DNA of 64,000 nt. Source: Clostridia bacterium (GTDB lineage: Bacteria > Bacillota > Clostridia > UBA1212 > DUPL01). Made by a program: the position numbers and the translations under genes. The stretch lies in NCBI GenBank assembly GCA_050951325.1, contig JBMNIW010000006.1, forward strand, positions 32,001-96,000. The letters are read 5' to 3'. The notes below the pieces were generated by a model. The model was not told where the DNA came from. It saw nothing but the letters and a program-made list of their open reading frames with translations, and ran no database searches. Below, one piece after another: positions 52,114 through 62,427 of the stretch. Each line of letters starts with the position of its first letter. Positions within the stretch are counted from its first letter, which is position 1.

Positions 52114-54653
52114 ACCAGATCTTCCTCCTCAAACAATTGAATTTCGCCAAACAATCCGGACATTAGCATTTTTCTGTCCGAATCTATGCGCTGCGGAATG
52201 TCAAACATTTTTTCCATGTCTTTTGTTCCAATATATCTATTTACAACAGTGTTTTGTACATAAACGTATAGAATATGCCTGCCTTCCTCCACCACTCCCA
52301 AATCAACCTTGAAAGGAGCAAAGGAAATCTTTTCCCCTTCCTGAAGAGGATTAACTCTTTTATCAAGGGAACAGACAAGGCAATGTCCTACCTTTCCAAA
52401 ATCAACAAAAGCCCTTTTGCCCTTCCATTCAAACTCAATCTCATATTCGACAAAGCCTGATTGTCCGGGATAACCCAAATCCGCCCACGAGGGCAGTTTT
52501 CTCGAATCCGTAATGTATCTTGTGCCATTCGGCAAGTTTATTGTAACACATTTTATTGAATCTTTGACAACTTTCAGTTTTAATTTTTTCTCTGCATCCA
52601 GTTTTGCATTGGAAACAATATAGCACTTGAGCTCCCCAGGCTCAAAAACACTCCTCACCACCCGTTTGGATTCTGAGAAGATACTGTCTTCCACATACAT
52701 CTTGCCTGTATTCATATCTATGGAATAAACCTTTACATCATCACCCGTTACTCTGAAAGATAACTCACAATCACACTTTCTTGCAGACTCGTTAAGAAAG
52801 AGATAAACAAGTCTATCTTTGTCTCTTCTCACACACATGGACACTTGCTTGTTATCGCTCTTTAAAGATACGGTAGGCCGTACATACTCATCAAGAAGAA
52901 AATAATCCGAACAGAGAATAAATTCATTTGCATACCTCTGCAAAATTGATATTACATTCCCACCACTTTTCACAAACCTTTTAAGTCTTACCATGACTTT
53001 ATCATCAATTGTGGCACCAGGAGGAATTATTATTGTACGAATAACCTGACCTTTAGCTGTGACAAATCCCTCATCTATTTTCAGCTCACATATAGCTTCA
53101 TCCCATATATAATCAAAGTCGCAGGGCATGTATGCTAGTATCCTTGCTATCCTGTCAACCTCATCATATGGAAGAATTGAATTCATATTGTGTGCATCAT
53201 TGTCCCTTATCAAATGTGCATATATGTCCCTCATCGGAATGTATACTGCAAGGTCGGATGCAGGCGTACCCGCATTTGCCAGCCCGATTGCCCTTTTTAC
53301 ATGCTCATTTACATTTCTTCCATGCAAATCATTAATGTAATTGCCAGGCTTGAACAAGTCATACGTATCTTCTTCATAATCAATACTTGATATCATATTA
53401 AAGAATGTATCAATTCCTCGAATCACCTGATGCTCCATAAGGTATCTCATCCTGTCTGGGGAATGAGCTATTCCCATTATCGCAAAAGTTTCACTCATGG
53501 CAGAGTTTTTGCCATAAAGGCGTTTGCAGGACCCAGCAAACCTTGGAAAATCATAAAATGTGTCAATATCAATATTGCTGCCTATCACATCAATACCAGG
53601 AGAATCATTGTAATAACTGTTTTTAAAGAAATGACCACTTACCGACGCAAGAGTTTTTGTATGATTATCCATGTCCTGATGTCCTACCGACAAGACTCCT
53701 CTTTTATGGCAGTACTTCTGTATCTCACCATAGAAGTTTTCTGCTACCAGATCGGTCCATACGTCAAAGTAATCAAATACCAGGTTTTTAATAATCAAAT
53801 CTGCCTCATGGTAACCGGGATGATAGAAATTTCCAGCATATGCCATAAGAATAGGAAGATTGTCCCTTAAGTCATATCCTTTTCTTTTAATAAACTCGTT
53901 CTCAAAACCTTGCGTCCATGGAAAATCAAAGCAAACCTCAGGCTCATCATAGAAAAACCCTTTTATTACCGTACCGAAATAATCCTTCAATTCATCATAA
54001 AATTTTTCATGTACGACCTTAATAAATCTACTTGCCGCTTCCTTGTTCATTAAATCAGGAGTACCCAAACTGAAATTTAAAGGATCATTCGTTATAGGAA
54101 CATGGGAAATAAATGATACGTACTCCCAGGTTACCAATATGACTCTTTCATACCCCTTGCTTGTGTACTTAACAATATCACCTGTTGAATTTTCTTCTGC
54201 AATATCGTTACAACGGCCTGCAGGCGCATAAAAACCATAACGGTTCACTGGAATACTCTTCAATGAAACCGTCCTGTCAGGTATCTCAATACTAATTGTC
54301 TCGCCAGGTTCCAGAAATCTATCGTAAGATACGTGAAGTTTCTTGGCTCTTAACTCCTTGTTCTCACAGACAAGACCTGCCGCCACGCAGCTAGGATATC
54401 CCCATTCATCAAAAATCCAAACTTCCAAGTCAAGTTTTTTGGCTTCCTCCACCAATACTCTAGCAGAGGCCAACAGTTTATCGTACCAGTAATCAGGCAA
54501 AACGGGGGAGTCAACAGGATTTGAAAAGATTAAAGCAAATCCTCCAAAACCTCTATCCTTACACCAGCCAACCCATTTTCTCATGTCGCCTTCGCTTTTA
54601 TTAAAGTCTACATTGAGGTTAATCAATGGACCTGAAAATTCGGTGCGAACCAT
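52095..54653 (-). CDS. Glycoside hydrolase family 106-like (alpha-L-rhamnosidase-like)
   Basis: WIFDEWGYPS, GFFYDEP, PGIDVI, SETFA and C-terminal SGLFG jelly-roll. Confidence 0.75.
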   Translation of the reverse strand: MVRTEFSGPLINLNVDFNKSEGDMRKWVGWCKDRGFGGFALIFSNPVDSPVLPDYWYDKLLASARVLVEEAKKLDLEVWIFDEWGYPSCVAAGLVCENKELRAKKLHVSYDRFLEPGETISIEIPDRTVSLKSIPVNRYGFYAPAGRCNDIAEENSTGDIVKYTSKGYERVILVTWEYVSFISHVPITNDPLNFSLGTPDLMNKEAASRFIKVVHEKFYDELKDYFGTVIKGFFYDEPEVCFDFPWTQGFENEFIKRKGYDLRDNLPILMAYAGNFYHPGYHEADLIIKNLVFDYFDVWTDLVAENFYGEIQKYCHKRGVLSVGHQDMDNHTKTLASVSGHFFKNSYYNDSPGIDVIGSNIDIDTFYDFPRFAGSCKRLYGKNSAMSETFAIMGIAHSPDRMRYLMEHQVIRGIDTFFNMISSIDYEEDTYDLFKPGNYINDLHGRNVNEHVKRAIGLANAGTPASDLAVYIPMRDIYAHLIRDNDAHNMNSILPYDEVDRIARILAYMPCDFDYIWDEAICELKIDEGFVTAKGQVIRTIIIPPGATIDDKVMVRLKRFVKSGGNVISILQRYANEFILCSDYFLLDEYVRPTVSLKSDNKQVSMCVRRDKDRLVYLFLNESARKCDCELSFRVTGDDVKVYSIDMNTGKMYVEDSIFSESKRVVRSVFEPGELKCYIVSNAKLDAEKKLKLKVVKDSIKCVTINLPNGTRYITDSRKLPSWADLGYPGQSGFVEYEIEFEWKGKRAFVDFGKVGHCLVCSLDKRVNPLQEGEKISFAPFKVDLGVVEEGRHILYVYVQNTVVNRYIGTKDMEKMFDIPQRIDSDRKMLMSGLFGEIQLFEEEDLVCQGQR

Positions 54654-54741
54654 CCTTTATCCCCCGCATGCTTTTCTAAAACTAATGATAACACAACGAA
54701 AAATGTACGTCAATTTAACAAATTGTTACGATAGCATAAAC

Positions 54742-56091
54742 TTACGTTCCCAATCTGCTTTCAATCAATGCCGCTAATAGCTCAGCCTTGTGTTTAATGT
54801 ACGCCGTGTTCTCTCCTTCAATCATAACCCTTACAAGAGGCTCTGTGCCTGAGGGTCTTATCAATACCCTTCCGTTCTCACCAAATTCATCCTCAAGACT
54901 TCTGCACATTGCTGCAATGTCATCATCTTCCATAAACTTGTGTTTCAAGCTGTCTCTGACTTTTGCATTAACAACTACTTGTGGGAAACGTGTAAAGACC
55001 GAGGCCAAATCGGAAAGCCTGCAGCCTTCATTTTTTAACACCCTTACAAGCTGCACAGCAGTTATGAGTCCGTCCCCTGTAGTGTTGTGCTGTAGCATAA
55101 TGACATGTCCTGACTGCTCTCCACCAATTATGCAACCTGATCTAAGCATTTCTTCAAGAACATATCTGTCGCCTACCTGGGTCTTTACGACATTAATACC
55201 GTGCTTCTTGGCAAAAACATCTACTCCCATGTTGCTCATTACGGTAACTACAATGGTATTGTTTACAAGAAGACCTTTCTTTTTCAAATCCAAAGACAGG
55301 ATAGTTATAATGGCGTCTCCGTCCACAACCTCTCCATTTTCATCAACGCAAATAAGTCTGTCCGCATCACCATCGAATGCCAGGCCTAAATCCGCACCTG
55401 TTTCCCTTACTTTTTGACTAATATATTTTGTATTACCTGAACCGCACTTCTTATTTATATTTAAGCCATCCGGATTGTCGTTCATTACAATAATCTCGGC
55501 ACCCAGACGTCTAAACAATTCTGGAGCTACCTTGCAGCTTGCTCCGTTGGCACAATCCAATACAATCTTCAAACCTGAAAAGTCCACATCCACTGTGCTT
55601 TCCACATACTTTATATAATCCTCCCCCGCAGTATTCAATACTTTCCTACGGCCTACATTCTCAGCAAACGGGAAGTCTGTGCCAGAGTCGTCATGAACCA
55701 GCTTCTCAATCATGTCTTCAGTTTCATCCAGAAGCTTGTGCCCTTGATCACTAAAAAACTTAATACCGTTAAACTCAAAACTGTTGTGGGAAGCAGAAAT
55801 CATGATTCCAGCGTCCGCCTCATACAGCCTTGTCAAATATGCCACTGCAGGAGTTGGAACTACTCCAAGACAAATAGCTGATGCGCCCGTAGAGCATATT
55901 CCGCTTACAAGGGCGCATTCAAGCATGTCGCAGGAAATTCTCGTATCACATGCAACTACAATATTTGGTCTTCTAAAAGTACTTTGAGCAAGCACTATCG
56001 CACCTGCTCTACCCAACTTGTACGCCAAAAGGGGGGTAAGGTCCCTGTTGGCAACGCCTCTTACACCATCAGTACCGAACAATCTCGCCAT
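54742..56091 (-). CDS. glmM: Phosphoglucosamine mutase
   Basis: FGTDGVRG, ISASHN, DGDADR, GGEQSGH and RPSGTEP motifs. Confidence 0.97.
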   Translation of the reverse strand: MARLFGTDGVRGVANRDLTPLLAYKLGRAGAIVLAQSTFRRPNIVVACDTRISCDMLECALVSGICSTGASAICLGVVPTPAVAYLTRLYEADAGIMISASHNSFEFNGIKFFSDQGHKLLDETEDMIEKLVHDDSGTDFPFAENVGRRKVLNTAGEDYIKYVESTVDVDFSGLKIVLDCANGASCKVAPELFRRLGAEIIVMNDNPDGLNINKKCGSGNTKYISQKVRETGADLGLAFDGDADRLICVDENGEVVDGDAIITILSLDLKKKGLLVNNTIVVTVMSNMGVDVFAKKHGINVVKTQVGDRYVLEEMLRSGCIIGGEQSGHVIMLQHNTTGDGLITAVQLVRVLKNEGCRLSDLASVFTRFPQVVVNAKVRDSLKHKFMEDDDIAAMCRSLEDEFGENGRVLIRPSGTEPLVRVMIEGENTAYIKHKAELLAALIESRLGT

Positions 56092-56115
56092 GCACGATCA
56101 CCTGCATCCCCTCTG

Positions 56116-56847
56116 TTACTTTTTCAAATAGGTCGCGGCATCCTCGTCCACAATAACTGTAACGTCACTGTGTTTCTGAAGCGCCGATGCAGGCATTTTG
56201 GGGTCGACAGGACCGTGAATTGCTTCATATACTGCCTTTGCCTTGTTCTTGCCCGACACAATCATTAATATTTTCTTTGCACGCAGGATGGAACCAATGC
56301 CCATTGTAACCGCTCTTTTTGGAACTTCATCAATTGAATTGAAGAATCTGGAATTATCCTTTATTGTCGATTCTGTAAGATCCACAGTATGAGTTATATC
56401 GCTGAATTCGTCTGCCGGTTCGTTAAATCCAATATGACCATTGGAACCTATTCCCAAAAGCTGAAGATCAATGCCTCCAGCCCTTTCTATCATCGCTTCA
56501 TATTCCTGGCAGTATGCATCATAATCCGTCTCTGTACCGCTGGGGATGTGGGCGTTTGTGTTTACTATATTGATGTGATTAAACAGATTTTCATACATGA
56601 AATATGCAAAACTCTGATCGTGGTTTTTGTCAAGTCCAATATATTCATCCAAGTTAAATGTTACAACATCACTAAAATCTATTTCCTTGTTTGTATTCAT
56701 TTTTATTAGATTTTTGTACGTTCCAACAGGTGTGCTTCCTGTGGCAAGACCCAAAACAAAATTCTTCTTCTTTTTCATCTCTTCGGCAATAAATTCCGCC
56801 GCCTTTATGCTCATTTCATCATAATCCTTGCACACAATTACTTTCAT
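56116..56847 (-). CDS. nagB: Glucosamine-6-phosphate deaminase
   Basis: GLATGSTP, FNLDEY, GIGSNGHIGFNEP and PASALQ motifs. Confidence 0.97.
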   Translation of the reverse strand: MKVIVCKDYDEMSIKAAEFIAEEMKKKKNFVLGLATGSTPVGTYKNLIKMNTNKEIDFSDVVTFNLDEYIGLDKNHDQSFAYFMYENLFNHINIVNTNAHIPSGTETDYDAYCQEYEAMIERAGGIDLQLLGIGSNGHIGFNEPADEFSDITHTVDLTESTIKDNSRFFNSIDEVPKRAVTMGIGSILRAKKILMIVSGKNKAKAVYEAIHGPVDPKMPASALQKHSDVTVIVDEDAATYLKK

Positions 56848-56934
56848 AAAAACATCCCTTTCTTTTAAAAATCTACCCATATATATTATCACAATTGTGC
56901 AATACCATCAATAATTGAGAAAACGCCGGCCCTT

Positions 56935-57813
56935 TCAGCCGGCGTTCTCTTCATTTGCTTGTTGAAGCAGTTCATAAATTTTCTTGTTCAACGGGTACTC
57001 CATATCCACGTATACCCTCTTTCTTTCTTGTGTTTCCTTGTCTTCCCGGACACAGATTATTAGCGTCCCCTCTGGTGAATACTGAAAATACACAATATTT
57101 TTATCAGTTTCGAATCCGAATACAGGCAAAAGATTGGTTTCAGGTGGAATGTCATAATCTCCAAGCAATCTCCAAAATTCATTTTGAGGCAGCTGGCATA
57201 ATTTGACCAGTTCCTCATCCGAATTAAGAATGGCATCCCTTCTTTCCCTGAATTCCTTTTCCTCCTGGATAACCTTCTGGATAGCTTCCCTTACTTCTTC
57301 AAGATTTAAAGGAGCATTGATTTCCCGGACAAAGAATCTGTCCTCATGCATGTTCCCGGCTTCATCAAAGTTGTCAATATCGACCAGTTTGTAAAGCTTT
57401 CCATCCTTGAACAGAAGCAAAAGTTCATCATCAGGAAACACCCAAACATCTTCAATTTCACAAACAGGTTTTCCAACCAGTGCTCGCACTTCCTCCTTTG
57501 TCAATTCATCATGGATAACCGGCTCATACTTTCTTTCAACACAGTCATCAAAATTGCAGCTTAACTTTGCATACATTAAAAGGCGGTAATTGCTTTCACC
57601 ACTCTTCTCAAGTTTACAATCAGCAAGCAATTCATCAAGCCACTTCTTCAAATCTTCTTCAGACATCTCTTCGTTCTTTTGTGGTTCTTCCGTCTCCACG
57701 ACCTGCATTGACATGAAGGGCAGACTCTTGCCATTTATGAAGCAAGCAACAAGTGCGGCACCTGTTATCAGCGCAAAAGTAATCAGTAAAACCTTTTTCA
57801 TGTCAATCATCAC
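56935..57813 (-). CDS. Hypothetical exported protein
   Basis: N-terminal hydrophobic segment (possible LVAC lipobox); LTKEEVRALVGKP is a small-BLIP/SmpA-like motif; GC hairpin 56917-56950 at the stop. Confidence 0.65.
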   Translation of the reverse strand: MMIDMKKVLLITFALITGAALVACFINGKSLPFMSMQVVETEEPQKNEEMSEEDLKKWLDELLADCKLEKSGESNYRLLMYAKLSCNFDDCVERKYEPVIHDELTKEEVRALVGKPVCEIEDVWVFPDDELLLLFKDGKLYKLVDIDNFDEAGNMHEDRFFVREINAPLNLEEVREAIQKVIQEEKEFRERRDAILNSDEELVKLCQLPQNEFWRLLGDYDIPPETNLLPVFGFETDKNIVYFQYSPEGTLIICVREDKETQERKRVYVDMEYPLNKKIYELLQQANEENAG

Positions 57814-57925
57814 CCTTTCTATAATTGTAAAAGTGCTTTTTCGTCCATATTTGCAATATAATTATACTCCTTTTTACGAAAAATGCCAACAAGAAAAGCT
57901 GGCAAATACCGGCACTTTCATAAAA

Positions 57926-58786
57926 TTATTTATATCCCTTCACAACAATTTCATCAACCAGTGATGCGCAGTAGTGGTTGAAAAACAGGAAGGATCCCTC
58001 CTCCTGCAGCATGTTTTCTTCCCTCCAAATCTCATTACCATCATGGTCATGAATGACCAGTTCCTCACCTTCAAATGTGACTTTTAGAATAAGGTAATAG
58101 TCCTCTTCCGCAGTGTTCATGTAATATGCAATAACATCACCACAATCGACTACCGTAACGGTATGATTCTCTGTAAAATCCTCAGGCAGATCAATGGTAA
58201 AATACTTCAGATTCCACTGCTCCCCATGATACACTCCTCCACCTCCAGGATAGACATGGGCTTTTGCATCCTTGTTAAAAGCAACCCAGAAGTATCCTAT
58301 CTTGTCTGCAATAGTGACGTTACCTTCCGGTCCCCGACATCCAACAAACAGCGAAGACCATGGACTTGTGCCAGAAGAAGCAGAGAATGTAACCGACATT
58401 TGATACTGGCTGTGCTCAACACCCAGCTGATAATCCACTATCGGGCTGTAGGCCGACCAATGCTCTGTAATTATCAGCTTGCCATCTTCAACGGCCATAT
58501 AACTTCCTTGCAGAGTGAGGTAGTTGCCAAAATCCTCCTCGTCAAAAGTGTCCTTGAAAAGCTCCTCCGCATCTTCCTGAGGAAATCCCTTCTTGTCTTC
58601 AGGAATGGGCTCCACCGTTGGTTTTGGTGTTGGGGTTGGAGTCGGTTCTGGTGTAGGCGCTTTGGTTGCAACTTCAGTAGGCTCGGGTGTTTCCTTCGGT
58701 CCTGTATCCTCTTTGTCACATGCTGTAAAAACCAAAGCAGCAACCACCAATAGTGATAAAAGAAAAAGATATAGTTTTCGTTTCAT
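57926..58786 (-). CDS. Lipoprotein with PT linker and putative beta-sandwich domain (paralog B)
   Basis: Lipobox FTAC; TPEPT repeats; collinear with 58822-59685. Confidence 0.8.
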   Translation of the reverse strand: MKRKLYLFLLSLLVVAALVFTACDKEDTGPKETPEPTEVATKAPTPEPTPTPTPKPTVEPIPEDKKGFPQEDAEELFKDTFDEEDFGNYLTLQGSYMAVEDGKLIITEHWSAYSPIVDYQLGVEHSQYQMSVTFSASSGTSPWSSLFVGCRGPEGNVTIADKIGYFWVAFNKDAKAHVYPGGGGVYHGEQWNLKYFTIDLPEDFTENHTVTVVDCGDVIAYYMNTAEEDYYLILKVTFEGEELVIHDHDGNEIWREENMLQEEGSFLFFNHYCASLVDEIVVKGYK

Positions 58787-58821
58787 TAAAGACCTCCGTT
58801 CATCAGATGCAAGAATACCAA

Positions 58822-59685
58822 TTACTTCAAGCCTTTAATAACTATCTCGTCTACCGAAGAGTTGCAGTAATGGTTGAAGAACATAAACATCCCGGTATCG
58901 GCAATCATGTTCGTCTCTCGCCATATCTCACTGCCATCATTGCCAAAAATGACAATTTCATCACCCTCGAAGGTAGCCTTTAGTATCAGATAGTAGTCCT
59001 CTTCTTCAGTGTTCATGTAGTAGGCAATAACATCTCCGCAATCAACCACCGTAACCGTGTGATCCTCTGTAAAATCTTCAGGAAGTTCGATTTCGAAATA
59101 TCTAAGATTCCAGGCATCTCCTTCATACTGGCCGCCTCCCCCTGGATAAACAAATGCCTTGTTAGTAAAGTTGAATGCAACCCAGAAATAACCGTTGCTG
59201 GTTGCAATGGGTGTGGTAGCATCACCACGGCACCCAATAAACAAAGATGCCCAGGGATTTGAATCCCCTCCTTCTTCCGCCTTGAATTTAACCGACATCT
59301 CATATTGGCTGTGGTCAACTCCCAAGTCATATGTAACATCTGGTATGTAAGCGGACCAGTTTTCAGGTATGAGAAGCCTTCCATCTTCAACAATCATGAA
59401 CTCACCTTGTTTTAACAGATACTGTTCCAAGTTGTCCTCATCAAAAGTATCCTTGAATAATACTTCTGCGTCTTCCTGTGGCACGCCTTTTTTCTCTTCG
59501 GAAATAGGTTCCACCGTAGGTTTGGGTGTAGGGGTTGGAGTTGGTTCCGGTGTTGGCGCCTTGGTTGCAGTATCGGTAGGTTCCGGTGTTTCTTTCGGAC
59601 TCTTGTCTTTTACGTCGCATGCTGTAAAAACAAGAGCCATTACCAACAAAAGCGTTAAAAGAAAAGCAAATAATTTTCGATTCAT
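58822..59685 (-). CDS. Lipoprotein with PT linker and putative beta-sandwich domain (paralog A)
   Basis: GGAGG RBS before the ATG at 59685; lipobox FTAC; shares long identical blocks with paralog B. Confidence 0.8.
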   Translation of the reverse strand: MNRKLFAFLLTLLLVMALVFTACDVKDKSPKETPEPTDTATKAPTPEPTPTPTPKPTVEPISEEKKGVPQEDAEVLFKDTFDEDNLEQYLLKQGEFMIVEDGRLLIPENWSAYIPDVTYDLGVDHSQYEMSVKFKAEEGGDSNPWASLFIGCRGDATTPIATSNGYFWVAFNFTNKAFVYPGGGGQYEGDAWNLRYFEIELPEDFTEDHTVTVVDCGDVIAYYMNTEEEDYYLILKATFEGDEIVIFGNDGSEIWRETNMIADTGMFMFFNHYCNSSVDEIVIKGLK

Positions 59686-59802
59686 AACTCGACCTCCGTT
59701 TATTCTATATGTGTAAATTATATCTATTTCATGAATAAATTGCAACCACATAATTAAACAACAATATATTTCCATATCATCCAATGCATTAATTTCTATT
59801 AG

Positions 59803-60588
59803 ATGATAAATACTAACAAAAAAGAAAAAGAGGTGTTGTCATTGTCCAGGAAAACACTGAAACTACTGAACCTTTTATTCGTTTTGTCGTTTACAATAGG
59901 TTTTTTGGGAACAATAATATATTTTAAAAAAGAAGGCAAAGATATTGCAAACTATGAAACTGTCTTCGACCATGCAAAAAACGAAGAAGATATTGATGTC
60001 CTATCAAGAAGAGGTTCAAGAGGACAGGAAGTCATATCTATACAGAGAAAACTTAAGAGATGGGGATATTACAAAGGAAACGTAGATGGAATTTACGGAC
60101 CCCAGACTGAAAGCGCCGTCCGATATTTTCAAAGAAAGAACGGCTTGAGAGTAGACGGTATCGCAGGACCACAAACCTTGCGTGCCATGGGAATATTCTC
60201 TTCAGCTTCTTCAAATCAAGGTTCATACCAGCAGAATGTAGAGCTTCTGGCAAGAGCAATTTACGGAGAAGCACGAGGCGAACCTTATACAGGCAAAGTT
60301 GCCGTTGCTGCAGTTATCATCAACAGAACCAAAGACAGCCGCTTCCCCAAAACAATAGCAGGCGTCATTTACCAGCCTGGTGCCTTTGACGCTGTAGCAG
60401 ACGGACAGATAAACCTGCAGCCGGATCAAAGCTCATACAATGCAGCAAGAGATGCCTTGAACGGCTGGGACCCCACCTACGGTTGCCTTTACTACTACAA
60501 TCCTCAAACAGCAACCAACAAGTGGATAAGATCACTTCCAATTGTTGTTACCATTGGAAAACACGTTTTCTGCAAGAGCAACACTTAA
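59803..60588 (+). CDS. sleB: Spore cortex-lytic enzyme SleB
   Basis: PG_binding_1 (GNVDGIYG...FQRKNGLRVDGIAG) plus Hydrolase_2 (LARAIYGEARGEPY, IYQPGAF, IGKHVF); true start probably the TTG at ~59842. Confidence 0.94.
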   Translation: MINTNKKEKEVLSLSRKTLKLLNLLFVLSFTIGFLGTIIYFKKEGKDIANYETVFDHAKNEEDIDVLSRRGSRGQEVISIQRKLKRWGYYKGNVDGIYGPQTESAVRYFQRKNGLRVDGIAGPQTLRAMGIFSSASSNQGSYQQNVELLARAIYGEARGEPYTGKVAVAAVIINRTKDSRFPKTIAGVIYQPGAFDAVADGQINLQPDQSSYNAARDALNGWDPTYGCLYYYNPQTATNKWIRSLPIVVTIGKHVFCKSNT

Positions 60589-60589
60589 A

Positions 60590-61447
60590 TTATTTCAGTC
60601 GTCTTAGAAACTCCCCCGGACAGCTCCATGTGGACGTGTGGAGAGCGCCAAATTCATCAAGCCTAATCCACACATTGCCTTCCCTGTCTGTTACCACATA
60701 AGTTTCGGAAGCGGGAGTAGTGCTTTCCGCAATTAACAAGAGCTTTTCCCCCGTTTCTTTATTGACGCACATGTCCACCACGATGACTGCATGCCCAAGA
60801 CTTTTATTCATCTGGGATGCAGTCATTACAAATATATCGCCAATACGAATATCCTCATAAGAAACTGGTTCCGCCTGCTTTTGAAGCGATGTGGTGTTTG
60901 CGTAGTTATGCACCAAATCCATGTAACGCCTGAAGGTTTCATAGGAATAGTCTTCTTCAGCATCCTTGTACCAGTAGCATATCTTGTCATCCACATGCAG
61001 CCTGTTGCCTTCTGCATAGCTTACATAATCGCACTCAAAGCCGTTGACAAAATTGAATTTTATCCTGTCATACTCTCCCCTGTAGTACAAGTATTCCGCC
61101 CAAAGACGCATCACGGCATCCGCACACTGCTCCAGATTTTTAGGAGTTATCTCATTGTCAAAAACACCATATACAGGTGCATTCCTGTTTATTTTCCCAT
61201 TGTAGTGATATGCCTTACTTCCATATTTCTTCAAAGGTAAATTCTGAAGGTAATATTCAAAAGAGCCTTCCTCGGTCTTAACCCTTTCATACCCTTCAGG
61301 CACCTTGAACCTGGTACTTATCGTATTACCGGATTTGTTTATGTACTTCTCCTGCTTTGGAGCATGAAATTTGACAAAGATAAAGAATAAAAAAACTGCC
61401 GCAGCACATAAGGCTGCAGCAATTACAAATCTTCTCTTGCGACTCAT
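60590..61447 (-). CDS. DUF4846-family protein (paralog 2)
   Basis: RF.VPEGYER, EQCADAVMRL, YANTTSL and GHAVIVVD; N-terminal anchor; ATGA overlap with the upstream paralog. Confidence 0.82.
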   Translation of the reverse strand: MSRKRRFVIAAALCAAAVFLFFIFVKFHAPKQEKYINKSGNTISTRFKVPEGYERVKTEEGSFEYYLQNLPLKKYGSKAYHYNGKINRNAPVYGVFDNEITPKNLEQCADAVMRLWAEYLYYRGEYDRIKFNFVNGFECDYVSYAEGNRLHVDDKICYWYKDAEEDYSYETFRRYMDLVHNYANTTSLQKQAEPVSYEDIRIGDIFVMTASQMNKSLGHAVIVVDMCVNKETGEKLLLIAESTTPASETYVVTDREGNVWIRLDEFGALHTSTWSCPGEFLRRLK

Positions 61448-62427
61448 CCAAACCTCCTGATAAACTGGGCAGGACATACCCACTCATTCTTAACAAACTC
61501 AAAATTATTGTTTAGTTTGTGCCATGCACCCATCATTTCGTCATCATTAAGAACAATATACGTCTCGGTTGCAGGCATGTTTCCTTCGGCCACAAGAAAT
61601 ATCTTCTCTCCGGTTTCCTTGTGGACCGCCATGTCGACAATAATTGCTGCGTGCCCATAGTCATTGCTCATCTGCTGCGCTGTCATGATAAACACATCTC
61701 CGATGGAAAGCTGGTTGACCTGAACGGGAGTCATTTGCATTTGCAGTGAAGTTGTGTTTGCATACGCATGCACCATATCAAGATATTTTCTGAAAGTCTC
61801 GTAACTGTAATCTTCGCCAGCATCGGTTTCAACCCATGAAACTTCGTTTCCATCAATTTTCACACGCTTGCCGCTAGCCCAGGATACGTAGTCGCATTCA
61901 AAACCGCTTAGGAAGTTAAACGATATTCTGCCGTACTCCTCACGTTCATAAAGGTATTCAGCCCATAGCCTCATTATGGCATCAGCGCACTGCTGCAGAT
62001 CCCTTGGAGTAATATCCTGGTTGAATACGCCTTGAATGCTTGCCTCTTCATTTATAATTCCCTCATACGTATATGCAGGCACGCCATAGTTCTTAAGAGG
62101 ATGATTTCTTAAAAATTCAGCAAAACTGCCTGGCTCTACAGGAACTCTTTCATATCCCTCAGGAACAGGAAACCTCTCCTTAATGGTGTTTCCTTCCTTG
62201 TTTACAGGATATGGAGTTGGTGCAGGTTCCTCCGTGGCAGTGGGCTCCGGAGTTTCTGTAACACCTGGAGTTTCACTTGGGTTTTTCCTGGCAAGCCAGG
62301 GTACATTGTCCCCGAAATAGTAAAGATAGACTAAAAATCCAATTATGATAATAAGTATGGCGATTACCACTAGCATGATAATGCTTCTTGCATCGAGACC
62401 ATCTTTTTTCATCATGTTAAATGACAT
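61444..62427 (-). CDS. DUF4846-family protein (paralog 1) with TM anchor and PT linker
   Basis: RFPVPEGYERV, LQQCADAIMRL, YANTTSL, GHAAIIVD and AEGNMPA. Confidence 0.82.
   Translation of the reverse strand: MSFNMMKKDGLDARSIIMLVVIAILIIIIGFLVYLYYFGDNVPWLARKNPSETPGVTETPEPTATEEPAPTPYPVNKEGNTIKERFPVPEGYERVPVEPGSFAEFLRNHPLKNYGVPAYTYEGIINEEASIQGVFNQDITPRDLQQCADAIMRLWAEYLYEREEYGRISFNFLSGFECDYVSWASGKRVKIDGNEVSWVETDAGEDYSYETFRKYLDMVHAYANTTSLQMQMTPVQVNQLSIGDVFIMTAQQMSNDYGHAAIIVDMAVHKETGEKIFLVAEGNMPATETYIVLNDDEMMGAWHKLNNNFEFVKNEWVCPAQFIRRFG

Noticed and set aside
54788-55417. Long antisense ORFs (also 1750-2295, 13029-13556, 23649-24176, 58163-58753 and similar)
   Set aside because: Shadows of well-supported genes on the opposite strand, with no RBS or motifs.
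57926-59685. Diversity-generating retroelement target pair
   Set aside because: No reverse transcriptase nearby. The differences span whole genes and include indels, as expected for an old duplication.
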